Below are positions 20,617 to 28,701 of a stretch of 64,000 nucleotides of DNA, piece by piece; within the stretch, counting starts at the first letter, position 1, and each line of letters starts with the position of its first letter. Below the pieces are notes generated by a model, which saw only the letters and a program-made list of their open reading frames with translations, had not been told where the DNA came from and ran no database searches. Source of the stretch: Alphaproteobacteria bacterium (lineage in GTDB: Bacteria > Pseudomonadota > Alphaproteobacteria > Rickettsiales > JABCZZ01). Made by a program: the position numbers and the translations under genes. The DNA is taken from contig JABDCC010000002.1 of the NCBI GenBank assembly GCA_013288335.1, forward strand, positions 8,521-72,520. The letters run 5' to 3'.

Positions 20617-20964
20617 CTACTGCCAATGGCCTTCGATGAAGAACCAACCATTGCCACGGGCCTCCCAGTGAGGAGCAACCCACATGGTGTAATGCGGCGG
20701 ACGGTGAACCCAGTGACCTGGCGTCCAGTAATAAGCACGACCGTTCCAGCGCCAATGCCCCTTTTGCCAAGCCCAATACGGACTAGAATCCGGCGGTGGT
20801 GATTGATATTCAACGATATCAGCCGGTGGCGGTGTCTGTACATAGACTGCGTGCGGAGGCGGAGGGGGTTGATGTGTATCTTGCACTATACATCCGCTTG
20901 CAAGCAACATGCAGGAGACCCCTACTGCCAAAAATGCTACTTGTTTCATTTTGGTATTTAGCAT
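20617..20964 (-). CDS. YXWGXW/WxxGxW-repeat lipoprotein
   Basis: 115 aa with lipobox LLASGC and a poly-Pro spacer. Repeats of the form YWAWQKGHWRW, YYWTPGHWV and WFFIEGHW follow. AAGGGA Shine-Dalgarno before ATG 20964. Confidence 0.65.
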   Translation of the reverse strand: MLNTKMKQVAFLAVGVSCMLLASGCIVQDTHQPPPPPHAVYVQTPPPADIVEYQSPPPDSSPYWAWQKGHWRWNGRAYYWTPGHWVHRPPHYTMWVAPHWEARGNGWFFIEGHWQ

Positions 20965-20983
20965 GTTATTTCCCTTTTAGTTA

Positions 20984-21109
20984 TTAATGCCAGCAACGAT
21001 AGCAACCATGTTCGTAATAATGATCCCGGTGTTCATATGGACCATCCGGAACGATTACGCATCCGCTGAGTGTCAAACATAACAGCAATGCACTTAAATA
21101 CAATTTCAT
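20984..21109 (-). CDS. small (41-aa) putative lipoprotein, His/Tyr/Cys-rich
   Basis: Not in ORF track. Minus strand translates MKLYLSALLLCLTLSGCVIVPDGPYEHRDHYYEHGCYRCWH*. Canonical lipobox L-S-G-C and AAGGGA Shine-Dalgarno upstream. It lies 19 nt upstream of the YXWGXW gene. Confidence 0.4.
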   Translation of the reverse strand: MKLYLSALLLCLTLSGCVIVPDGPYEHRDHYYEHGCYRCWH

Positions 21110-21319
21110 AAATATCCCTTATTTCTGGTTAATAAATTTATCCGAATCGCTGGATAATAAAACCCTACACTCTGCTTCATTACGATACATAGTACAGAAG
21201 ATTAAAAATCTGCAACCTTCCAGGATATTGACGCTATGCATATAAATTATACATAGTTATAAATGGTAATATTATAAGGTATGTGTTACTTTCGGCTAAA
21301 ATGGGAAGGAGCCTTAACC

Positions 21320-21577
21320 ATGAAAATATTTCATTTTACCTGTATCGCCCTGATGTTTGCCGTTGTACCAGCGCAGTATGCACTTGCATATTCTTTAGAC
21401 GACAAAAGCATGAATGGCAGCAATGCTCCCGCATTTAATGATCCGGATGACAAAACTCCGCTATATATGCAAAATGGCGATAAGCCCGCCGCTGGCAGTG
21501 AAGATCCTTCCAGTATTCGCTACGATTATGACCCTGCGAGCGGAAATTACATACCCCATCGCATGAGTGATAAATAA
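21320..21577 (+). CDS. small secreted hypothetical protein
   Basis: ATG 21320 is preceded by GGAAGGAG and gives signal peptide MKIFHFTCIALMFAVVPAQYALA. The mature ~62 aa are D/P/G/S-rich. Confidence 0.45.
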   Translation: MKIFHFTCIALMFAVVPAQYALAYSLDDKSMNGSNAPAFNDPDDKTPLYMQNGDKPAAGSEDPSSIRYDYDPASGNYIPHRMSDK

Positions 21578-21602
21578 TTTCATTCTTACATCAGAGGAAC
21601 TC

Positions 21603-22286
21603 ATGCTGAATAACCATCTTGCGTGGCAAAGCGCGCTCAAAGCTATCGCACGCGATCCGATGAGTTGGAGAGGCGTTTCATTTCACTACCTTTGCTTCGC
21701 GCCCGGTGAGATGGCACAGGCAATTGCTGAAAACAATCCCGATATATTCGTTATAAAGAATGACAGCGATGCATGTATCATACTGGGATCAAAGGCGGCC
21801 TGTATTCCAGCAAGAGAGCCTGTATCTTCCTTGTGGATAAAGGATATATCAGCTTCCTGGGCGCAAATAGCTGAATTATTTGGTATAGATTCCGCGACCC
21901 AGCCAACCAAAAAACCCGATAAAACCATTACAATCCTGATTGTTGAGGATGAGGAAATGACCAATAAAATACTGGCCAATAACCTCAAACAATTTGGTAC
22001 CGTCATTACTACCGCAAATTCGCGCGAAGCGATTGCAAATAACATAGTTTTAAATCCGGATATTATTTTTCTCGATATTCATTACCACGACGATGTGCAT
22101 GATGGATTTGATGTACTCGCCAGTATTTTAAGCAATAATGCCAAAGCTTTTGTCGTAATGTTTTCGTCGGATAAAAATCCAGAGATCATTTTAAAATGCC
22201 TCGCTTCCGGCGCACAAGGCTTTATTGCAAAACCTTTCAAACCCTCCGATTTTTCTTATTACTTAGATACGCTTCAAAGAATCTAA
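21603..22286 (+). CDS. response regulator: unknown ~105-aa N-terminal domain plus C-terminal CheY-like receiver
   Basis: The receiver is intact: ILIVEDEE (acidic pocket), IIFLDIHY (phospho-Asp), VVMFSS, IAKPF (Lys). ATG 21603 has GAGGA 5 nt upstream. The track ORF begins at GTG 21567. Confidence 0.75.
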   Translation: MLNNHLAWQSALKAIARDPMSWRGVSFHYLCFAPGEMAQAIAENNPDIFVIKNDSDACIILGSKAACIPAREPVSSLWIKDISASWAQIAELFGIDSATQPTKKPDKTITILIVEDEEMTNKILANNLKQFGTVITTANSREAIANNIVLNPDIIFLDIHYHDDVHDGFDVLASILSNNAKAFVVMFSSDKNPEIILKCLASGAQGFIAKPFKPSDFSYYLDTLQRI

Positions 22287-22334
22287 CTACCTCTCCTATA
22301 CTGGCTCAAGAAGAGGTAGCAATTCTCTTAAATA

Positions 22335-22589
22335 TTAATGCGGCTTACCCGTTTTAGTCTCGTAAGGCGTTACATCTTTTTCATCGCATTTTTTAGAAAG
22401 CGATGAATCATGCTTGAGCAGACAAGCATAAATTTCTTCATCGCCTTTTGCGTCTGAACACCATACGCCGGTTTCCTTTTTGCAATCATCCCAACCAGCG
22501 AAAACATCTTCTGCTTTTACTTCGCACGCAAACATATTAGCCGCAATGAGTCCAACAAATATTAATAATCTAGTAACGCGCATAATCAT
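22335..22589 (-). CDS. small secreted cysteine-rich-repeat protein
   Basis: 84 aa with a signal peptide. The pattern C-x8-C-x11-C-x12-C (CKKETGVWCSDAKGDEEIYACLLKHDSSLSKKC) resembles the bacterial 'cysteine rich repeat' family. This is recollection only. Confidence 0.5.
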   Translation of the reverse strand: MIMRVTRLLIFVGLIAANMFACEVKAEDVFAGWDDCKKETGVWCSDAKGDEEIYACLLKHDSSLSKKCDEKDVTPYETKTGKPH

Positions 22590-22797
22590 CCTCCTAAATC
22601 TATAGTTGTATTTTACTGTAAAGCATTAAACTGCTATATTATTTGCGCTATGTATTCAATAAAATAAATATTCCCAGTATGATACACAACTAACAACCTC
22701 AATATTATATATTAATAAAAAAAATTCCGGCATATGAATAACAAGTTGACTATACACGGATAAGTAGTGCATAAAATTATAACGAAAAACAGAAATT

Positions 22798-24519
22798 ATG
22801 AGCAAGAGAATTATGAAAAGCTTCACCACGGTAAAAGCAAAACTCCGCATCGTTTTTGCCTTATTCTTTGCAATGATTTGTGCTCTTGCGCTTTATGGCA
22901 ATAACAATCTAAAAGAACTTAAAGACGATATAAATCATATCAGTGTGGATATAACCCCGCAGTTGCGGCTGCTTCAGGATATTGACGGTGATGTTGTACA
23001 GTTCAGGGTAGAAGAAGCTTCACATGTCCTTTCTACCGACTCTCAGACAAAAGATACACATGAAGCTCAAATGAAGAAATATGCAGCTGAAATAGACGAC
23101 TGGATAAAGAAATTTTTAAATAGCGATATTTCCAGTAAGGAAAAAAAGCATGTAAACGAATTTATTGATGTCTGGAATCAGTACCTTACGATAAACAAAC
23201 AATTGCTACCTGTTTCGCGCCAGTATGATTCTCCCGCGCATGCAGAATTTTTAGCTCAAGCGGCTGAATTGTTTAATAAACAAGGTGAGTCTGTCTATCT
23301 CAAATCAGACAAGTTATTGAATGCATTGGTTGATGGCATGTCAGAAGAAAGTGATGCCGCCTCCGATGATGCCAACAACTTTGTAGGAATTTCAATACGC
23401 AATGGCACGATAGCTATGGGAATAGCAGCGATAATCAGCATCCTGATGGTGGTTATGTTTGAGCGCACGGTGTTGCGTTACCTCATTCGGATAACATTGA
23501 GTATGAAAAGATTATCGGGAGGAGACAACACCGTTGTCATTGAAGGCACGAAACGCTCCGACGAAATTGGTGAAATGGCAAAATCGCTGGAAGTATTTAA
23601 AGAAAACGCCTTGCAAAAAGAACGTATGGAGCAAGAACAAAAGCAGATGGAAATAAACGCGGAAATAGAAAAGAAGACTATGATGCACAAATTGGCCGGA
23701 GATTTTGAGTCCGGGATACAGGGTATAATTACCACTGTATCTTCCGCCGCAACTGAGCTATATCAGACTGCTGAGGATATGCAAAAAACCGTCGCTAATG
23801 TAAGCACGCAATCAGGAACGGCCGCTGCAGCATCCGAGCAAACTTCCGGCAATGTGCAGAGCGTATCAGCAGCTGTAGAAGAAATGTCTGCCTCGGTCAG
23901 GGAAATAGCCAGCCAGATTTCCAAATCTACGGTGTTGGTGAATGCAACCGTAAAACAAACCGAGCAGGCAGATAAAACCACGCAGGCGCTTTCCGATGCC
24001 GTTGTACAAATTAGCGGTATTCTCGATTTGATCCAGAATATTGCCGGGCAGATCAATCTGCTTGCCCTTAACGCGACAATCGAATCAGCGCGCGCTGGCG
24101 ATGCCGGCAAAGGATTTGCGGTGGTCGCCTCGGAAGTTAAAAACCTGGCAGGACAAACCACCAAAGCTACAGAGGAAATTGCCAAACAGATAGGAAACGT
24201 ACAACATGCAGCGCAAGAAGTAGTGGGGGTATTGAGTGCAATCAACGATGCTATTGGTAATGTTAACCAATACTCATCCGGCATTGCTTCGGCGGTAGAG
24301 GAACAGGCGACTGCCACACAGGAAATCGCAAGCAACATGCAACACGCTTCTCAAGGCGTGCAAAACATCACCAGTAATATTTCCGAAATCACTAAAGGCG
24401 CATCGAATGCTAATCATGCGGCAAACGAAGTTCTAAGCGCATCGCAGATGCTTTCACAACAGTCTGAAATGCTGAACCAACAGGTTAAATTATTTCTGGA
24501 CGGGGTAAGAGCTGCGTAA
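22798..24519 (+). CDS. methyl-accepting chemotaxis protein
   Basis: 573 aa with two TM segments flanking a ~170-aa periplasmic helical domain and a HAMP domain. The highly conserved MCP signalling hairpin is present (IAGQINLLALNATIESARAGDAGKGFAVVASEVKNLA). Confidence 0.9.
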   Translation: MSKRIMKSFTTVKAKLRIVFALFFAMICALALYGNNNLKELKDDINHISVDITPQLRLLQDIDGDVVQFRVEEASHVLSTDSQTKDTHEAQMKKYAAEIDDWIKKFLNSDISSKEKKHVNEFIDVWNQYLTINKQLLPVSRQYDSPAHAEFLAQAAELFNKQGESVYLKSDKLLNALVDGMSEESDAASDDANNFVGISIRNGTIAMGIAAIISILMVVMFERTVLRYLIRITLSMKRLSGGDNTVVIEGTKRSDEIGEMAKSLEVFKENALQKERMEQEQKQMEINAEIEKKTMMHKLAGDFESGIQGIITTVSSAATELYQTAEDMQKTVANVSTQSGTAAAASEQTSGNVQSVSAAVEEMSASVREIASQISKSTVLVNATVKQTEQADKTTQALSDAVVQISGILDLIQNIAGQINLLALNATIESARAGDAGKGFAVVASEVKNLAGQTTKATEEIAKQIGNVQHAAQEVVGVLSAINDAIGNVNQYSSGIASAVEEQATATQEIASNMQHASQGVQNITSNISEITKGASNANHAANEVLSASQMLSQQSEMLNQQVKLFLDGVRAA

Positions 24520-24523
24520 AATT

Positions 24524-25780
24524 ATGACCGATCATTATTTTAAAAAACGCGGTGTTTTTATAATAACGGTAAGTGTGATCTTATCCGCATATGTTGTATG
24601 CGCCGAGGAAACAGAAAAACCAGCAGAAAAAGCGGCGGAACCAGTATCAGAGCCAGCGTTTGAGCTAAAAGCGCTTTACACCGGCGAAGAATGGTACAAC
24701 GCAAGTGGCGGCCTGAAACAAGCAACTACTAATATCGATAATATAGATCTTTCTCTTGCATTTGATGCGGAAAAGAAATTCGGCTGGACGGGCGCTACTT
24801 TTATGCTTGATGGGCTCTATAACAATGGGCGGTCGGCTGATTCACTTACCGGTGCCACTCAGCAAGTGAGCCCTATAGATTCTATTGGACCACAAATTTT
24901 CCGGCTTTATCAGGCCTGGTATAATCAGGATTTCTTTAACGGAAAAACATCCGTTATGACTGGTTTGTTCGATCTCAATACGGATTTTGATGAACTTGAT
25001 AGTGCCGCATTATTTTTCAATAGCGGCTATAGCTGGAATTCGGTGCTCGATCAATCCGGGCGCAACGGGCCGTCTACTTTCCCAAATACCTCGCTTGGCA
25101 CACGCGTGCGCCAAAGGCTCGATAATGCACAGGCCTGGACAGTAGAGGCAGCAGTAGTGGATGGTGTACCGGACAACCCCGATCATCCAAGAGAAAACAC
25201 CATCAATATCAATCACAATAACGGCGCGTTGATAATTGGCGAAGGCTATTATCATCCCGATGATCACACCAAGATTCTATTGGGCCTATGGCGCTATACC
25301 GGTACTTTTGCTGATCAAACCGTGGTGGATATCAATGGTAACCCGCGTCAGGATTCCGACAATGAGGGCGCTTACGCCGGTATTCACAAACGTCTCTATA
25401 CTATACAAGGCAGAAGAGGAATAGACGGGTTTGCGAATGTCGGTATCGGCAACGGCGACATCAATCAATTTGACCGCACGCTTGATGTAGGCGTAAACTT
25501 CACAGGGCCAATTCCAAGTCGTGGCTCAGATCAGCTGGGCTTTGCATGGAACATTGCTCATAACAGTAATTCATATCAGGAAGCAGAAGCCGCAGCCGGA
25601 ACACCGGCGCAAAGCAACGAAATGGATTATGAACTAACCTACCGCGCAACGATCATTGATGATGTCTTAGTCATACAGCCTGATGTGCAATATATCGTCA
25701 ATCCCAGTGCCAGCCCCGGCGTCAAAGATTCCTGGATTTTCGGTTTCCATATCGAAATCGGCCATGAGATGATGTTTTAA
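24524..25780 (+). CDS. OprB-family carbohydrate-selective porin
   Basis: 418 aa with a signal peptide. OprB-like features are present (YTGEEWYNASGGLKQ near the N-terminus, aromatic C-terminal residue F). Starts 4 nt after the MCP stop. Confidence 0.7.
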   Translation: MTDHYFKKRGVFIITVSVILSAYVVCAEETEKPAEKAAEPVSEPAFELKALYTGEEWYNASGGLKQATTNIDNIDLSLAFDAEKKFGWTGATFMLDGLYNNGRSADSLTGATQQVSPIDSIGPQIFRLYQAWYNQDFFNGKTSVMTGLFDLNTDFDELDSAALFFNSGYSWNSVLDQSGRNGPSTFPNTSLGTRVRQRLDNAQAWTVEAAVVDGVPDNPDHPRENTININHNNGALIIGEGYYHPDDHTKILLGLWRYTGTFADQTVVDINGNPRQDSDNEGAYAGIHKRLYTIQGRRGIDGFANVGIGNGDINQFDRTLDVGVNFTGPIPSRGSDQLGFAWNIAHNSNSYQEAEAAAGTPAQSNEMDYELTYRATIIDDVLVIQPDVQYIVNPSASPGVKDSWIFGFHIEIGHEMMF

Positions 25781-25782
25781 AA

Positions 25783-26433
25783 TCAGGAATATTGAATTGG
25801 AAAAAACTTGATCGTAAAGGTGAGCGTCGCTGCCCAGAAAACCGCAATCCAGATGCTTGCAAGATCAATTAACTGAAAAAATATTACACCGGTTGCGCCA
25901 CCCATTATAAGCCCCAGCCATAATAACACATAAGGCAGCCACGCGAGTTTATCACCGCCCAGTGCGGCATCGGCAATGCGCTGGCCAATTTTTACCAGCG
26001 TTCCCGTCATGTAGGTAAGCCCGACCATAACGTCGCCATTGCGCTGGAAAACCGCATTCTCTGCACCCATGGCAAGCGTCATGAATGCGATGGCGATGGC
26101 AGGATGCCCATTATTATTCAGGAAGGCCGCAGACATCAGAAGTAAGGTGACCAACAGCAACACATTGAACGATTGGCGCGAAGGATCGGCAAGGCGACTG
26201 ACAAACGTACCGATCATGGAACCAAGCACAAAAAAGAAAATAATTCCGGCGACCAAAGTGGCGTGCGGGGTATTACCGGAGACGAGCTCCACCACCATGC
26301 GCGTGGAGTTGCCACTCATGAAGGACACGAAATAGCCTTTGAGCTCCAAAAACCCAATCGCATCGACATAGCCCGCCAGTCCCGAAAGACCTATGGCTAA
26401 TGCGATTGAACTTTTGCTAAGCGATGTGTGCAA
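25783..26433 (-). CDS. YoaK/DUF1275-family inner-membrane protein
   Basis: Multi-TM protein with GYVDAIGFLEL..FVSFMSGNSTRM motifs. The track ORF (to 26481) runs into tRNA-Leu, so I place the start at in-frame TTG 26433. The start is uncertain. Confidence 0.65.
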   Translation of the reverse strand: MHTSLSKSSIALAIGLSGLAGYVDAIGFLELKGYFVSFMSGNSTRMVVELVSGNTPHATLVAGIIFFFVLGSMIGTFVSRLADPSRQSFNVLLLVTLLLMSAAFLNNNGHPAIAIAFMTLAMGAENAVFQRNGDVMVGLTYMTGTLVKIGQRIADAALGGDKLAWLPYVLLWLGLIMGGATGVIFFQLIDLASIWIAVFWAATLTFTIKFFPIQYS

Positions 26434-26449
26434 TGTAGATCCTAAATTA

Positions 26450-26536
26450 TGGTGCCCCGGGTCGGACTCGAACCGACACATCCTTGCGGATACAAGATTT
26501 TGAGTCTAGCGCGTCTACCAATTCCACCACCAGGGC
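26450..26536 (-). tRNA. tRNA-Leu (anticodon CAA), CCA encoded
   Basis: Minus strand reads GCCCTGG-TG-GTGGAATTGGTAGACGC-..CTAGA-CTCAAAA-TCTTG-long variable arm-GTCGG-TTCGAGT-CCGAC-CCGGGGC-A-CCA. This is a class II tRNA. One U-U mismatch occurs in the anticodon stem. Confidence 0.85.
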
Positions 26537-26597
26537 ACTTAAAATCCGTGTGGCTATTGCTTATAAGGATAAAAAACGATTTGGCAACGCTGAAAAC

Positions 26598-27494
26598 TTA
26601 CGCTCTATAATCCCCAAGCAACCTCGCGAGTGCGCAAAACTCTTCTATACTCAGTGTTTCCGCACGACGGGTGGGGTCAATGTTTGCAGCCACAAGCCAG
26701 CTTTCAGCCTTATTACTGATGGTGCTAAGCGCCGAGCGCAGCATTTTGCGGCGCTGGCCGAATGCTGCCGCAAGCGTTGCCTCAAGCGCGTCTTTTTCCG
26801 CCGGATAACGCGGCTTTGCAAGCGGTGTAAGTATCACCACGCTTGAAGTCACTTTTGGCGGCGGGGTAAAGGCGTTTGCCGGTAGATCAAAACCATGTTC
26901 CACGTCACAGAGCCACTGGGTCATCACTGCCAAACGCCCATAGCCAGAGGTGTCACGCTCGGCAAAAAGCCGCTCGGCTACCTCTTTCTGGAACATCAAT
27001 GTCAGGAAATTATAAGCTTTGGGGTCACGGGCAATATCGTCAAGCCAGTTAAACAACAGCGGCGTGCCGATGTTATATGGAAGGTTTGCAATGATCGCGC
27101 GCGGCGCGGCAACGTTTTCAGGAATAGAAAATTTCAGTGCGTCTTTGGCAATGATAATGAGCCTTTCACCGTAAACATCCTGCAACTCTTTGATGGCAGC
27201 AATACAACGTTCGTCTTTTTCCACAGCATAGACGCACGTGGCTTTGGTTTTAAGCAATGAGCGCGTGAGGCCACCCGGGCCGGAGCCGATTTCAATGACA
27301 TTGATACCTTCCAGATCGCCTGCGTAATGCGCTATTTTATCGGTGATATTACCATCGAGCAGAAAATGCTGTCCCAGTGATTTTCGCGCAAACAACTCGT
27401 AACGCCTGATGACGTCACGAAGCGGCGGAATATGGGGGTCATTTGCCAGATGCAGCCTGCTGTTTATTATGGGCGTAAAGAGTTCTAAAATCAA
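26598..27494 (-). CDS. rsmA: 16S rRNA (adenine1518/1519-N6)-dimethyltransferase
   Basis: SLGQHFLLD, VIEIGSGPGGLT and ANLPYNI motifs are present. The only upstream start in frame is TTG 27494, which overlaps secB by 56 nt, so the start is uncertain. Confidence 0.85.
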   Translation of the reverse strand: MILELFTPIINSRLHLANDPHIPPLRDVIRRYELFARKSLGQHFLLDGNITDKIAHYAGDLEGINVIEIGSGPGGLTRSLLKTKATCVYAVEKDERCIAAIKELQDVYGERLIIIAKDALKFSIPENVAAPRAIIANLPYNIGTPLLFNWLDDIARDPKAYNFLTLMFQKEVAERLFAERDTSGYGRLAVMTQWLCDVEHGFDLPANAFTPPPKVTSSVVILTPLAKPRYPAEKDALEATLAAAFGQRRKMLRSALSTISNKAESWLVAANIDPTRRAETLSIEEFCALARLLGDYRA

Positions 27495-27912
27495 TAGGTT
27501 CCAGCATCATAGGCGGGAAGCCACCATCACGGGTAACATCAGCTAACACGCGGCGGGCAAACGGAAATAAAATCGCCGCGCAATCAATAAACAGAAGCGG
27601 CTCTATATGATCTTCCGGAATGCCCATCAACTGCACAATCGCACCGTAATCGAGCTCCACCAAAAACAAAGTACTGTTCGGCCCCATAGCGCGGGCGGCA
27701 AGATGCATAATTAATTCAAAATGTTGCTCGTCAAAGCGCTGCGCTTTTAAATCGACACTTACTTCGATTTTTGGTTTATCTTCGGAGGCAATCAAACTAT
27801 GAGGCGAATGCGGGTTTTCGAAGGATAAATCCTTTATATATTGCCCTTTAATAAGAAAGCGCGGCGACGCTTCTTCACCCTGTGATTTTTCACCCTGAGA
27901 CTGGCCTGCCAT
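27439..27912 (-). CDS. secB: protein-export chaperone SecB
   Basis: 157 aa with typical SecB core (IKGQYIKDLSFENP.., LLFIDCAAILFPFARRVLADVTRDGGFPPMMLEPIDF). Confidence 0.85.
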   Translation of the reverse strand: MAGQSQGEKSQGEEASPRFLIKGQYIKDLSFENPHSPHSLIASEDKPKIEVSVDLKAQRFDEQHFELIMHLAARAMGPNSTLFLVELDYGAIVQLMGIPEDHIEPLLFIDCAAILFPFARRVLADVTRDGGFPPMMLEPIDFRTLYAHNKQQAASGK

Positions 27913-28005
27913 ATGATTCCTTGCCCGTAAATTTGTTTTATGTTAGCTTTCACGACTCACTTCAGAAATGTGTATAACAGTATTTTTTTGTAAATCATCA
28001 GAATT

Positions 28006-28680
28006 ATGAACGATAGTTTTCAGTACGGCGATATCATCTTTTTAGGGCTTATTGCAATATTTGTAGCATTTCGCCTGCGCTCCATGCTTGGGCGCAATAT
28101 GGGAATCGATCCGCGCGACATCTGGAAAAATGCCACCAGAGGTAACATAGCTCCGGTAAACGGACAGCCACAACCAAGCATCATCGTCAAAAAACCTTCC
28201 GAAGAAGAAGTGGTTCCGATGGAGCTTCAGAATAACCAACCCGTATCCGATGGCTTGCAGGCAATACGCAAGGCCGACCCCAGTTTCAGCACCACCGAGT
28301 TTATTGCCGGCGCAAAACTTGCCTTCGAATGGATAGTGGAGGCCTTTTCAAAAGGTGATAAGGAAAAACTACGCGCGCTGCTTTCGCCAGAACGATTCCA
28401 GCATTTTTCCGAAGAAATAGACGCGAACGCTGCAAGCGGTACTAAACGTGAGACTACCCTTATTTCTATCCTTGCGACGGATATTACCGATGCAGCCATG
28501 CAGGGTAAGGTGGCCCATATCACCATACAATTTACCAGCGAACAAATGAGTATCATGCGCGACAAAGATAAAAATATAGTGAGCGGCTCACCCTCTAACG
28601 TCGAAAAAGCAATCGATGTTTGGACGTTTGAACGCGATACATCCTCGCGTGATCCAAACTGGAAAATCATAGCAACATAG
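28006..28680 (+). CDS. Tim44-like domain protein
   Basis: 224 aa with an N-terminal TM helix and a C-terminal Tim44-like domain (FIAGAKLAFEWIVEAFSKGD.., WTFERD...DPNWKI). Divergent from secB, as in many alphaproteobacteria. Confidence 0.8.
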   Translation: MNDSFQYGDIIFLGLIAIFVAFRLRSMLGRNMGIDPRDIWKNATRGNIAPVNGQPQPSIIVKKPSEEEVVPMELQNNQPVSDGLQAIRKADPSFSTTEFIAGAKLAFEWIVEAFSKGDKEKLRALLSPERFQHFSEEIDANAASGTKRETTLISILATDITDAAMQGKVAHITIQFTSEQMSIMRDKDKNIVSGSPSNVEKAIDVWTFERDTSSRDPNWKIIAT

Positions 28681-28701
28681 AGCCGATAAGAACAAAAATA
28701 T

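Noticed and set aside
22287-22319. Hairpin CTACCTCT...AGAGGTAG between the response regulator and the convergent Cys-rich gene.
   Set aside because: It has an 8-bp stem but a 17-nt loop and no flanking T-run on either strand. That is too weak to call a terminator.
26484-26846. 120-aa plus-strand ORF starting next to tRNA-Leu.
   Set aside because: It overlaps the tRNA-Leu gene and runs antisense to the 3' part of rsmA. No Shine-Dalgarno or family signal is present.
27439-27494. 56-nt same-strand overlap between rsmA and secB, considered as a possible unusual nested arrangement.
   Set aside because: It is most likely an artefact of start-codon ambiguity. The only in-frame upstream start for rsmA is a TTG, and the real initiation codon may be non-canonical and further downstream.
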